From positions 4,828-68,827 of the IMG/VR virus record IMGVR_UViG_3300020578_000058: a stretch of DNA of 64,000 nt. One strand, given 5' to 3'. The notes beneath the pieces are model-generated. The model had not been told where the DNA came from and searched no databases. It worked only from the letters and a program-made list of their open reading frames with translations. A program made the translations under genes and the position numbers. The first letter of the stretch is position 1. Each line of letters begins with the position of its first letter. Of the stretch, positions 1-9,582 are shown one piece after another. The stretch is from a virus.

Positions 1-822
1 GAGGCCGAAGGCATTGCTTACGAGAAGGAGGCCCTTGTCACGGTCGCCGCGCTGACCGAGTGCCACATTCGGGACGCCCTCAAGACCGTCGAGGGTGTCG
101 CCATGCTCGGAGGCGTCACCAAGCAGACCGTCTCGCAGTACCTACGGCTCGACGCCAACGAGACGGTTCTCGACCTCCTGCTTGCGGTTGGGAGGCGCGA
201 CACCGCCGAGTGTGTGCGGTTGGCTGACGCCCTCTCCACTACGCTGTCGCCCTCGGCTGCTTACGAGCGGTTGGCCGAGGCTTGCATGGTGGTCTACCGG
301 CACCGGCTTGGGGTCACGCCCCCACCTGCTTATTGGAGCCGTGAGCGCGTCACGGCGGTTGCCGACGCTTTGGGGGACGCGGTTCTGCATGTGGCGGCGA
401 CCTTCGCAGACCCGCCGCGCCGCCCCGCGCCAGCGTCGTTGGCGCTCGATGTCGCGCAGGCTTGCTTTGCGCTCTCGGGTGCCCCTGTTGTTCATAGGGT
501 TCCCGCGGAAGTTGTCGCGGTTCCCACAACTTCGACACCCGCGCCGTCAACACCCGCGGTAAGTTCCCGCGTGGGTAGTGTGGCACCAGCCGCCACCTCT
601 CGACCAACGACACCCGCGCCGAACGCTGCCCCCCATGAAACCCCAAACGGGGTCTACATTGACCCGCGAGCGGTGCGAAAGTCTACCTCAATGGAAGGAA
701 CCTCTCCTGCTCGCCCTTCTGCGCTATCGCCAACGCTCTTTCGGGACGCTCTTGCGACCCGTCTCTCGGAGTTGAGAGATGAGGCGCGACGAACGGGACG
801 CTCAAACATGGGCGGTGCTTGA
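1..822 (+). CDS. DNA polymerase III gamma/tau (DnaX)-like clamp-loader subunit, 5'-truncated by the window edge
   Basis: Frame 1 is open from base 1 (EAEGIAYEKEALVTVAALTECHIRDALKTVE...), resembling the AAA+ lid 'E.I..E.EAL..IA....G..RDAL' of DnaX/RFC. A helical domain and a Pro/Thr-rich linker follow. Confidence 0.7.
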   Translation, partial: EAEGIAYEKEALVTVAALTECHIRDALKTVEGVAMLGGVTKQTVSQYLRLDANETVLDLLLAVGRRDTAECVRLADALSTTLSPSAAYERLAEACMVVYRHRLGVTPPPAYWSRERVTAVADALGDAVLHVAATFADPPRRPAPASLALDVAQACFALSGAPVVHRVPAEVVAVPTTSTPAPSTPAVSSRVGSVAPAATSRPTTPAPNAAPHETPNGVYIDPRAVRKSTSMEGTSPARPSALSPTLFRDALATRLSELRDEARRTGRSNMGGA

Positions 823-1336
823 ACTCACCCGTGCAGGTGAGCGGCTCATAGAAGAAGGGAAGATGGAGGAGGCGCTTCGGCGGCACCTCAAGTGCGGAGA
901 CGAGCACCGTATCTTCATTCCCGCCGTTTTCTACCCCCCTGTCCGGCCTGACGACACGCCCATTGTCCTGTCCGTCACGGAGGGGTATGTCTTTGTTGCT
1001 ACCGGGCTTCCCGATAGCAACCTCTACGCCCTTGAAGCAACCCCGCTCGTTCGGAAGGTGCTCCACACGCGCAGCCCCAACGGGATGCGCGTGCTCATGA
1101 CGGTGCCCGACCACTCTTTGTCGGAACTGCGTCGAGGGCTGGCAAAACTCGTCGCCTCGTCCATTTCTGCGGGAATGCCCGTTCTTGTCCTGCACGGTCT
1201 ACTTGCAGGCTTGGAGGGCTCCGTAGTCTCGGACAACGGGGAGACGATAGATGTGTATGTGGAGATGCGTTCATTGCGCCTCCTGCGACGACTTCCCAAG
1301 ACTTCGGTAAGACCTGTGAAGTCAACAGGGGGCTGA
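779..1336 (+). CDS. NusG/RfaH-like transcription antitermination factor
   Basis: NGN-like N-terminus (WAVL...IFIP...EGYVFV...LVRKVL) and a C-terminal KOW motif (GMPVLVLHGLLAGLEGSV). Confidence 0.75.
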   Translation: MRRDERDAQTWAVLELTRAGERLIEEGKMEEALRRHLKCGDEHRIFIPAVFYPPVRPDDTPIVLSVTEGYVFVATGLPDSNLYALEATPLVRKVLHTRSPNGMRVLMTVPDHSLSELRRGLAKLVASSISAGMPVLVLHGLLAGLEGSVVSDNGETIDVYVEMRSLRLLRRLPKTSVRPVKSTGG

Positions 1337-1360
1337 CCCTTCACCTTGGGGCACCTCCGC

Positions 1361-1972
1361 ATGTCGAACTACTGGAACGGGCTTCGGGTCATGGACCCGA
1401 GCGATATGGAGCGGTTCTTCTCCGAGGAGGACACTCTCGGCAACATTAGCATCACCGGCTCTGACATGCTTTCGGACGAGAGCGAGGTCCAAGTCGAGAT
1501 GGTGCGGAAGGTGCTTGACCGCTTGCCACCCCGCGAAGCCGACTTCGTGGAACTTTACTTTTTCAAGAAGATCCGGCAGACAACCATTGCATCCATGTTC
1601 AATGTCTCGCAGCCGACCATCTGCTACCGCTTGCAGCGGGCAGCAGCGCGCATCAAGTACCTGCTCTCGCTCCCCGAACTTGCGCCGGGCGAGTTGGAGA
1701 AGGCCATGCGGGGCGTCATTTCCGACGAGATGGACATTCGGATTATGGTCGGCATGGCCGATACGACTTGCCAAAGCGGGGTCGCCAAGAGCCTCGGGGT
1801 GAGCCAAGGGCTCGTGCGCCACAGGTTCTTCCGCACGCTGAACCGGCTCAAAGCCCTCGACGGCATGGAGAAGTATGTCCTTCTCTTTCAAGCCGTGGCC
1901 GACAACCTCAACATCATGCGCGAGGTCTACCGCGCCGAGTGGGATGAGCCTGTCATTCACTTCGTCATGTAA
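1361..1972 (+). CDS. Sigma-70 region-4-like protein with two HTH motifs (candidate phage transcription regulator)
   Basis: LDRLPPREADFVELYFF...QTTIASMFNVSQPTICYRLQRA is a typical region 4. A second HTH reads QSGVAKSLGVSQGLVRHR. No clear region 2. Confidence 0.7.
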   Translation: MSNYWNGLRVMDPSDMERFFSEEDTLGNISITGSDMLSDESEVQVEMVRKVLDRLPPREADFVELYFFKKIRQTTIASMFNVSQPTICYRLQRAAARIKYLLSLPELAPGELEKAMRGVISDEMDIRIMVGMADTTCQSGVAKSLGVSQGLVRHRFFRTLNRLKALDGMEKYVLLFQAVADNLNIMREVYRAEWDEPVIHFVM

Positions 1973-2054
1973 GCCGTGGCGGTGACTACGCTATGAAGAA
2001 CCGCAGGGGTGGAGGCGTCCGGTGTCCCACCATTCTTGCGTAAAGCGGATTGTC

Positions 2055-2333
2055 ATGGCGAAGCGGGTTGCTGCGCGTTGGGTTGAGGCCCATGCGACCC
2101 CGCACCACCGCCTGACGGTCTACTTGTCCGCCGACAACATGACCAACATCCCGGCGGCGCTGCGCTCCTTCCGTAACGGGAACATGCGCCTTGCCTCCGT
2201 GCCTCCCATTCCCGACCTCGGGCTGCAAGTGGAGTTCGACCACCTCACCGTGTGGTCGCAGAACCGCACGGCCATGCTCGCCTTGGAGAAGTGGTTGCAG
2301 GCCCGAGGGTGCGAAACCATCGGAGTTTGGTGA
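2055..2333 (+). CDS. Hypothetical protein with N-terminal RVAARW motif
   Basis: ORF follows a late-promoter-like motif, and its stop overlaps the next start (TGATG). Start uncertain (2022 or 2055). Confidence 0.6.
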   Translation: MAKRVAARWVEAHATPHHRLTVYLSADNMTNIPAALRSFRNGNMRLASVPPIPDLGLQVEFDHLTVWSQNRTAMLALEKWLQARGCETIGVW

Positions 2334-2761
2334 TGGCCGCGTCTCTCATTCAGTCGGAGTTCGTCTACCGCTCGGGCCTTCCCTCCGAGCAGTACACCTT
2401 CACCATTGTCTCCAATAGCGTCGGCGTGCTCGCGGTGCGGGACATTCAGAATCCTTACGGGTTCATTATCAGCCCGTACTCGCCCATTCCGCAGACCGTT
2501 ACCAACGACATCAGCACCGCCATGCAACAGGTGGAGGCACTCTTGGCTGCTACCTCTGCCGTCAACGGCACCCTCACCTTCGTCACCGAGAACACCAAGA
2601 CCTACACTTTTGCCTCGGCGCTTGCAACGGCGAACTACCGCGTGCAAGTCACGACAAATTCCTTTGTGCCGCTGCGCGTCACGGGGCAGACGACCACCTC
2701 GTTCACCATCCAAGCCGCCGCGACCTTCACGGGAACGGTCGGCTTCGATGTGTTCATCTAA
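2333..2761 (+). CDS. Putative virion protein (beta-rich C-terminal domain)
   Basis: MAASLIQSEF...; the C-terminus (NYRVQVT...TTTSFTI) resembles the C-terminal domain of the next ORF (NYTVLL...TATDFTV). Confidence 0.6.
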   Translation: MAASLIQSEFVYRSGLPSEQYTFTIVSNSVGVLAVRDIQNPYGFIISPYSPIPQTVTNDISTAMQQVEALLAATSAVNGTLTFVTENTKTYTFASALATANYRVQVTTNSFVPLRVTGQTTTSFTIQAAATFTGTVGFDVFI

Positions 2762-2773
2762 CGGACGCCCACC

Positions 2774-4330
2774 ATGCCGCAGCCGCCGTTTCTCATTGAC
2801 CAACTGCAAGTTGAGCCGGGTTCGGGGCAAACGCTCCTTATCAACCGGGACTCGGCCACCGGGTCATTGAAGTTCACCGACGCCGTGGTGACCACCGGGG
2901 CCTTGCTCAAAGACCTATTGAGCCTCAATGGCGTCACGGGCACCTTCATTGTCGGGTCGGGTGGTTCGGGGGCCGACTACACCTCCATTCAAGACGCCCT
3001 CGACGCTATCCCGAACACCTCGTCGCCCTTGGCCCCGTCTCTCGTGCTGGTCCTGCCGGGGGAGTACACCGAGAACTTGACCATTGAGAAGGACGGCGTG
3101 GCGCTCGTTGGCCTCGGCAGCGTCTACTTGCAGAACTCGGGCGCGAGAGACACCGTTACGGTCGTCGCTTCGCCGGGGGCCACGCCCGAGAATGTCGTTT
3201 TGCGCGGGTTGACCATCACCAACAACCAAGTGGGCTACGCCTGCGTGAAGGTGGACGGCGCGTTCACCTTTGCCTCGGCCACGGTGACGGTGAACTCGGC
3301 TCCTCTCGCGGCGGGGGACACCATCGTTATCAACGGGGTCACGCTCACGGCGGTCTGCCCCTCTCGCACTTCGGGCAGCGACGATTTCAGCGTGGCGTTC
3401 TTGACCCCCACCGCTATTGCAGCGGAGATTGAGGCGGCGGTCAACGACCCGGCCAACTCGTTCGCCTCGTTCGTGACGGCGACGGCGGTTGGCCCCGTCG
3501 TCACCCTGTCCGCCAACACGCCGGGCGCGGGCGGGAACGCCTACACGCTTACGGCGACCACGACCCCGGCGGGCGGCTTCACCCTGTCGGGGGCAACCTT
3601 CGCGGGAGGCGGCTCGGCAGGCAGCACCGTCGCTCTTGGGGAGGTGTTGGTCGAGGGTTGTATTCTCGTGGCGAGCGCGGCGGGCGGCTACACCGTTCGC
3701 GGGGACACGGCGAACCACATTCGGGTGCAAGGCGGCACCTGCCGAGGCTCGTCCTCCACGGCGCAAGTCCTTGTGGAGAACTGCGCGGCCCTGCGTATGT
3801 TCGGCGTAGAGCAAGTGCCGAATGTGAGCCTGTCCTACGACACCACGGCTGACCGACCCTCGGACTTGTCTTGCGCGTACCTGCTCTCGGGGTGCGGCGA
3901 AGTTGGGGATGTGCTGTGCGACCTCAACGGGGCGGGTTCGCTCACCCTTGCGAACTGCCCCGTGGTCGGCACGGTCGGGCAGGCGGGCGACCAAGTTCTT
4001 TCGGTGGTGCGGTCCTCTCTTGGGGTACTCACCCTCAATGACACGACGGCGGCGACCCTCTCGCAGTCCACCCGTGGTGCGGTGGCCGCCGACCCCACGG
4101 CTACGCTCGCAGAGACGACCGCTTCGGGCAGCGTGGTCTTTGCTGCTTCTGTAAGCGAGACGGTGAACCTTGACGCCCCCGCCCCCAATGCGAACTACAC
4201 CGTGTTGCTCGACACCGGCAGCACGGCTGAAACCTTCGCCGTGACGGCGCGCACGGCCACCGACTTCACCGTGGACGCCTCCATTGCTGCGACCACGACC
4301 GTTCGGTACACCATTCTTCGGAGCGTGTGA
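2774..4330 (+). CDS. Putative virion structural/fibre protein with beta-helix-type start and a sheath-like insertion module
   Basis: GADYTSIQDALDAI...VLVLPGEYTENLTI is a parallel beta-helix N-cap motif. The protein is Ala/Gly/Thr-rich and carries the 'IAAEIEAAVN...VVTLSA' module. Confidence 0.6.
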   Translation: MPQPPFLIDQLQVEPGSGQTLLINRDSATGSLKFTDAVVTTGALLKDLLSLNGVTGTFIVGSGGSGADYTSIQDALDAIPNTSSPLAPSLVLVLPGEYTENLTIEKDGVALVGLGSVYLQNSGARDTVTVVASPGATPENVVLRGLTITNNQVGYACVKVDGAFTFASATVTVNSAPLAAGDTIVINGVTLTAVCPSRTSGSDDFSVAFLTPTAIAAEIEAAVNDPANSFASFVTATAVGPVVTLSANTPGAGGNAYTLTATTTPAGGFTLSGATFAGGGSAGSTVALGEVLVEGCILVASAAGGYTVRGDTANHIRVQGGTCRGSSSTAQVLVENCAALRMFGVEQVPNVSLSYDTTADRPSDLSCAYLLSGCGEVGDVLCDLNGAGSLTLANCPVVGTVGQAGDQVLSVVRSSLGVLTLNDTTAATLSQSTRGAVAADPTATLAETTASGSVVFAASVSETVNLDAPAPNANYTVLLDTGSTAETFAVTARTATDFTVDASIAATTTVRYTILRSV

Positions 4331-4902
4331 CCATGAGCCAAGACTTTTGGGCTTCCCTGACCGAGAACTCCTCCTCGCAGTTGCTTACGGCTGCTATGGA
4401 CACGCACCTGTCGGGCAAGGCTATTGGCGAGTCCTTTGAGGGCGTTCGTGCTCTCACCGACGCGGGCCGGGCCAAGCAGGCGCTTTCTCTCCCGGTCGAA
4501 GTCGGCACCCGTGTCGCTTTCGTCGGCGGGCTTGGTGCGGTTCTCACCTACGAGAACCCTCCCGAGACGGGCAGCATGGGCAGCGTTGTCCATGTCAAGA
4601 GCGCGGGCGGGAACCTCACCTCGCACGAGGGCAAGGTGTTCGTGTCGTGGGATGACGGGCGGTTCCTTCCCGTCCACGCCGAGCACTTGCGGTTGGCGGG
4701 CCAGCCTGCGGGACGGGTCAAGCGGCAGGCGTCCGTGCGCCGTATTGCCAGCCTCGGAGACTTGACCTCGTTCTTCACCAAGGTCGGCACCGATACGCTC
4801 ATCCACAAGAGCACCCGCGACCTGTGGGCCTTGAAGCAGGACGCCGGGGGCTACCTTATTGAGCGGCTCTTTGACGACAGCGGCGAACCCCTCAAAGGAT
4901 AG
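4327..4902 (+). CDS. Hypothetical protein (SH3-like region, RQAS linker)
   Basis: Clean ORF with GTGA overlap to the upstream gene. Confidence 0.6.
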   Translation: MTMSQDFWASLTENSSSQLLTAAMDTHLSGKAIGESFEGVRALTDAGRAKQALSLPVEVGTRVAFVGGLGAVLTYENPPETGSMGSVVHVKSAGGNLTSHEGKVFVSWDDGRFLPVHAEHLRLAGQPAGRVKRQASVRRIASLGDLTSFFTKVGTDTLIHKSTRDLWALKQDAGGYLIERLFDDSGEPLKG

Positions 4903-4953
4903 CGTGGGGGCGGTAGTCGCCTTATCGCTCGACTTCCCGTAGGAGCGTTCGCC

Positions 4954-5655
4954 TTGTCCGCTGACCCGAACCGCGTACTTGCCGCCTATCTTGCCCGCCC
5001 CCCCAAGGTGGCGGGCGAAGTGCGCTTCGTCAAAGACCGCTCGGGCGACAAGTCCGAGTGGGGTTGGGGGCCTCCCGGCCCTGCCGAGCGGGACATTGAC
5101 GAGCAGTTCGTGTTCAATGCCAAGCACCTCAAACCGCTTGCGCTGACCCTGCGCTCGTCGCTCATGGCTCTCGGTCATGTGGCTTCGGCCTACACGCGCT
5201 TCACGAAGATCAAGTCCTCCAATGTGTCTCCTGACGGGAACCTCGGCGGCAAGGGGTACATTCAGAAGATTGCCGATATGCGGCGGCAGTTGGTGAACTG
5301 CGTAGAGGCGTTGTCGTCGCTCACGGACACCATCTACGACGAACTCAATGCACCGCATTGGAACCCTGCCGAGGACACCATGTCCCCCCGTGACCGGGAT
5401 GAGGTCAAAGAAATCGTCCAAGAGGCCGAGGAAATCAAGGAAGATCCCGAAGCGTGGGCGCAAGAGGAGGAGGACACCACCCTCTCCATGACGACCGGGC
5501 CTCGCAAGACGGCCTCGGGCAAGCAGGCGCAAGTCACGCGCTCGCTGCGGTTCCTCCGCGCAGCAGCCACCAGCGGGCACCTCTCCTCCGAGCAGATGCA
5601 GCGGTTGGCGCATGAACTTGCCCGCATTGAGCAGACCCTCGTGGAGCAACAATGA
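4954..5655 (+). CDS. Hypothetical protein, candidate head/internal protein
   Basis: RBS-like AGGAG upstream, RVLAAY, KVA and KTAS motifs, and an ATGA overlap with the next gene. Confidence 0.6.
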   Translation: MSADPNRVLAAYLARPPKVAGEVRFVKDRSGDKSEWGWGPPGPAERDIDEQFVFNAKHLKPLALTLRSSLMALGHVASAYTRFTKIKSSNVSPDGNLGGKGYIQKIADMRRQLVNCVEALSSLTDTIYDELNAPHWNPAEDTMSPRDRDEVKEIVQEAEEIKEDPEAWAQEEEDTTLSMTTGPRKTASGKQAQVTRSLRFLRAAATSGHLSSEQMQRLAHELARIEQTLVEQQ

Positions 5656-8084
5656 AGAAGAAGCCTGTCATTGCCTCCGTTGAGGTTCTTGGCGAAGCCC
5701 ACCTTCCCGCAGACCTTCTCACGCCCACGATGGGGTCGAACTACGGCCTCGACGGCTACGAGGACATGGACTACGGCTCGGGCGTCATGTACGGCGGGCG
5801 CGGACTTGCGCCCGTGACCCAAGAGGCTCCTGCCACCCCCACGGGCATCAACCGGGGCGCGTCGGAACACCTCGTTTTGGACGACATGCTCAAAGAGGCG
5901 TCGAACCTTGCGGAGCACTCGTGGCTCTCCGAGGCGGTGCAGGACTTGGAGCGGTTGCCCGAGAACCCCGTCCACATTGTCCCCGAGTTGGAAGAACTGT
6001 GGGGGGCCAACCGCCCTACGGACGGCCTTCGGGTCTATGAGCGGGACTTGAAGCAAGCCTCGTTTGAGGAGCAAGACGACGAGCCGACCGTCAAGCACGC
6101 CACCGAGCGCGACCTTGCGGCGTTCGTCGCGCAGGCCATGCGCCGTTCCGCTGCGGGCCACCCGCTCGCGGACATTCTTCGCGCGACCTACCTCGATGTC
6201 GGCAAGCACGACGCTCCCCGTATTCGCGCTGCCATGCAGTTGGTGCAGGCCGAGCACGGCCTTGCCGGGAATGTGTTCGTCCGGCACTCGGCGTACCCGA
6301 AGTACGAGCAGGGCAAGTGGACGGAGCACCTTCGCCGCACGGCCAAGGACGCCCGCTACCTCGTCGTGGCTCCGCAAGTTCTCAAGTCGGCAACATGGGT
6401 GCAGGACGGGCGTTGCACTCTGACCGGGCGGTGTGTGGTCACCGAAGTCCCGTGGCGCGAGGCACACGCCTACTACGCTCCCCGGCTGCGGGACGCAGGG
6501 CGCCGCGTAGCGTCGGGCGACCCCCGCGAGGCGTTGCGGGTCGCGTTCCTGTCTCTCCCCGAGAAGCGGGTGGCGACGGGTGAGAACTTGCCCACGCATG
6601 TCACGCCGTCCGAGCGTGTGTCGAGCGGAGAGGCCCGCACGGCGTTCGCCAACACCAAGGTCGAGCGCAAGGTCTACGACCCTACGCCCGCCCACGACGC
6701 GAGGGTTCGTGCTGCACTTCACCGCAAGTTGGCGAGCATGGCCGAGAACCACCTGCTCGCCCCCGGTGACCGGGACCGGCTTGTGGCGTCCACGGCGCAC
6801 CCGAAGGAAGTGTTGAAGGCTGCTGCGGCGCTCGCGGGAGCCGCGAAGAACGGCACCTATGAGGGTGCCCGCATGGGGGTCTTCGCGGGACTTGCCCGCG
6901 CTGTTCCGGTTGAGCAGGTCGAAGGGGCGTGGCAGGCACGGGAGGGTGCCAAGCAGCGGGCTCGCGTTGCTGCGGCGGTGGAGAAGATCAAGACCTCCAT
7001 CGAGCACGGCATCCGAGGGGGCGCACTCCAACAGGCCATATCTCGCACGGTTCACCCCGAGGACTTCCGGCTTGTAAGTGCCGAAATCTCCCCGCTTCTG
7101 CGGGCGACCAATGCCCTTGCCGAACCCGACCGCACCCCGACCAAGTACGCGGGAGAGCAACTGCGCCCCTTCACGGGCGCGGTGAAGCACACCCCCACCG
7201 AGCAGGTTGCGGGCGCATGGCAGGCGAGCGCACAGACCAAGCAGGCGTCTCGTGTGGCCTCTGCGGTGGAGAAGGTCAAGAAGGCGGTCGAGCACGGCCT
7301 TCGTGGTGCTGCTCTCAAAGAAGTCATCACCCGCACGGTCCACCCCGAAGATGTCCGGCTTGCGGGCCGGGCACTCGACCCGCTCTTGCGGGAGACGAAC
7401 GCGCTTGCCGAGCCTGACCGCACCCCCACCCGGTACTCGGGGGCCAAGTACGCCGCGCATGTGGCAAAGAAGGCTGCGAGCGCGGTTTCCCCGAACACGG
7501 TGCAGTCCGTGGTCGGGTGGGTGCGCCGGGCCATGAACGAGGGCTTTGCAGGCAATGACCTTGACGCGCTCGTGGAGAAGCGGTTCGCCTCCGAGGTGCT
7601 CGCCGCCGCCCGTGAGAACATCACGGCAGCACGGCGCGAGCACGAGGGCGGCGCAGGCTTCCTGTACATTGAGGCGTCGGCCTATGCGACGGCGGACGGC
7701 GTGAAGGGCTGCGAGCAGGGTGCGCTCAAACACCGCGCCAACCAAGTCAAGACGCTGCTTGCCATCCCGAACAAGTGCGGCTCCTGTGTCCACGCCCGCG
7801 CACTTGCGGACGGCACGCAGAAGTGTGCCCTCTACAACAAGGTGCTCGTCGCCCGAGACGACTTCGGTGCGACCCTCGACAACATGAAGCGGGCCAACAT
7901 CCGGTCGGCCAACATGGACGACCAAGAGGCCACCGCTTCGCTTTTCGCTCCGTCCTACGACGAGGGTGAGTTCAACCTGCACAACGCTTCCCTTGACGGC
8001 TTCTCCCTCACCGCGTTCCCCGAGAACGACAAGGTGAACGAGGTCGCCTTCGGCGGGTTGTTCGTCAGCAACCCGTGGGAGTAG
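5652..8084 (+). CDS. Large hypothetical protein with a 96-aa internal duplication and Cys-rich C-terminus
   Basis: 810-aa ORF with KEAS/KQAS/RVAS linkers and CGSC...C motifs near the C-terminus. Confidence 0.7.
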   Translation: MKKKPVIASVEVLGEAHLPADLLTPTMGSNYGLDGYEDMDYGSGVMYGGRGLAPVTQEAPATPTGINRGASEHLVLDDMLKEASNLAEHSWLSEAVQDLERLPENPVHIVPELEELWGANRPTDGLRVYERDLKQASFEEQDDEPTVKHATERDLAAFVAQAMRRSAAGHPLADILRATYLDVGKHDAPRIRAAMQLVQAEHGLAGNVFVRHSAYPKYEQGKWTEHLRRTAKDARYLVVAPQVLKSATWVQDGRCTLTGRCVVTEVPWREAHAYYAPRLRDAGRRVASGDPREALRVAFLSLPEKRVATGENLPTHVTPSERVSSGEARTAFANTKVERKVYDPTPAHDARVRAALHRKLASMAENHLLAPGDRDRLVASTAHPKEVLKAAAALAGAAKNGTYEGARMGVFAGLARAVPVEQVEGAWQAREGAKQRARVAAAVEKIKTSIEHGIRGGALQQAISRTVHPEDFRLVSAEISPLLRATNALAEPDRTPTKYAGEQLRPFTGAVKHTPTEQVAGAWQASAQTKQASRVASAVEKVKKAVEHGLRGAALKEVITRTVHPEDVRLAGRALDPLLRETNALAEPDRTPTRYSGAKYAAHVAKKAASAVSPNTVQSVVGWVRRAMNEGFAGNDLDALVEKRFASEVLAAARENITAARREHEGGAGFLYIEASAYATADGVKGCEQGALKHRANQVKTLLAIPNKCGSCVHARALADGTQKCALYNKVLVARDDFGATLDNMKRANIRSANMDDQEATASLFAPSYDEGEFNLHNASLDGFSLTAFPENDKVNEVAFGGLFVSNPWE
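6912..7445 (+). repeat. Intragenic tandem duplication, ~288-bp period
   Basis: EQVEGAWQA...RTVHPED...NALAEPDRTPTKY (from 6912) matches EQVAGAWQA...RTVHPED...NALAEPDRTPTRY (from 7200). Confidence 0.85.
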
Positions 8085-8086
8085 TC

Positions 8087-8965
8087 ATGCCTTCGCCCTC
8101 CACTCAACAGTCCGAGGTCGTTGCCATGCGCTTGCAGGGCATTCTTTCGGTGCTGCGGGCGCAGTATATGTCCTACCAAACCTCGCATTGGCAGGCGCGT
8201 GGGCAGGCGTACTACGGGAACCACCTCCTGTTCCAACGGCTCTACGAATCGGTGCAGGCCGAAGTAGACGCCGTGGCCGAGAAGGCGGTTGGCTACCTCG
8301 GTGCCGACGCCGTAGAACTCGTCCCGCAAGTCGAACTCGTGTTCTCGTGGGTGTCCCGGTGGTCGAAGGTGTCCGACCACCACATGCGGGGCTTGCAGTC
8401 CGAGCGTGATGTGCAGGCAGTTCTGCAAGCCGCCTACGACGCCATCAAGGCGGCTCGGGCCATGACCCTCGGCCTCGATGATTGGATCATGGCGACGGCG
8501 AACGCCCACGACACGAACGCCTACCTGCTCCAACAGGTCGTGCAGGCCCCTGCGGGGCGCGTGGCCTCCCTCGTCAACAAGCGGTTCGCTGCGCCGTCCG
8601 ACTCGGGGGCGCCGTCTGCCGAGGGCGCGTTTCGCAACATGAACCCCAAGTTCCACGAGACGCGGCAGTTCGCGGAGACGGGGGCCATCACCAACAGCAA
8701 GACCGTCGCGCAGAAGGCTGCACCCATCCTCGACATCTCCAAGTCCGAGGCGAAGGAGGGCGTCAACCAAACGCCTCCTACCACCAAGGAAATCTTGCAA
8801 GAGCCGGGCGGCAAGACGCTTTCCACGCTGAACCGCGCTCTCTACGACACCGTGGACCCGAAGGTGGAGAAGGACAAGGGCAGGCGCGCGAAGGGGGCGA
8901 CCCTTGCGGCTTGGACCTACCTCACCCCCGAGGGCGGGTGGACGCTTGCCCGTAGGAGCGAGTGA
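8087..8965 (+). CDS. Dps/ferritin-like protein with C-terminal extension
   Basis: HWQARGQAYYGNHLLFQRLYE...VDAVAEK matches the Dps pattern HW...H..F..LY......D..AE. The second half follows an RVAS linker. Confidence 0.75.
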   Translation: MPSPSTQQSEVVAMRLQGILSVLRAQYMSYQTSHWQARGQAYYGNHLLFQRLYESVQAEVDAVAEKAVGYLGADAVELVPQVELVFSWVSRWSKVSDHHMRGLQSERDVQAVLQAAYDAIKAARAMTLGLDDWIMATANAHDTNAYLLQQVVQAPAGRVASLVNKRFAAPSDSGAPSAEGAFRNMNPKFHETRQFAETGAITNSKTVAQKAAPILDISKSEAKEGVNQTPPTTKEILQEPGGKTLSTLNRALYDTVDPKVEKDKGRRAKGATLAAWTYLTPEGGWTLARRSE

Positions 8966-9543
8966 TGAACAAGAAGGTCGTCGGGGGGCAGAAGCCCTTC
9001 ACCATCCTCGTCGCCAACCTCAAAGGGGGGTCTGACCCGTCCCGTGGGGCTGCGTTCAACCCCGTGAAGCAGCGCACGGCGTTCACCATGCAGCACTTCG
9101 TTGAGGTCGGCGGGCGCGGCGAGACGACCTTCCCCCTATCCCGGTCCACCCCCGGCACCGCCACCCGCGTTGGGTACGCGACCTACACCGTGGCGGACAC
9201 CCCCGTTCGGGGTTCTGGCACCGTGACCGTGGCGAACAACTCGTTCCTCGGCCCGACTACCGTGACGGTGGGCAAGTACGAGTTCTTGTCGGGGTCTGAC
9301 TTCGCCATTGGGGCCGGGGTCAACAACACCGCCACGAACCTCGCAGCGGCTATTGACGCCACGTCCGAGTATTCGGCAAGTGCCGTAGGAGCCGTGGTGA
9401 CGGTCACGGGGCTGACCGGCCCGCTCGGCAACGAGGTCGCCTTCTACGCGGGTGGGGCTTCCCCCAACAACTTCACCTTCTCCCCGGCCAACCGCATGGC
9501 AGGGGCCGAGCCGTACATTGGCCCCGTGCTCATCGTGCCGTAG
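8962..9543 (+). CDS. Putative virion structural protein
   Basis: Gly/Thr/Ala-rich, with a TATNLAAAID...GAVVTVT module shared with other structural ORFs. Confidence 0.55.
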   Translation: MMNKKVVGGQKPFTILVANLKGGSDPSRGAAFNPVKQRTAFTMQHFVEVGGRGETTFPLSRSTPGTATRVGYATYTVADTPVRGSGTVTVANNSFLGPTTVTVGKYEFLSGSDFAIGAGVNNTATNLAAAIDATSEYSASAVGAVVTVTGLTGPLGNEVAFYAGGASPNNFTFSPANRMAGAEPYIGPVLIVP

Positions 9544-9582
9544 GGCGGCGGTAAGGTGGGGGCACAACGGTAGAGGTGCCTC

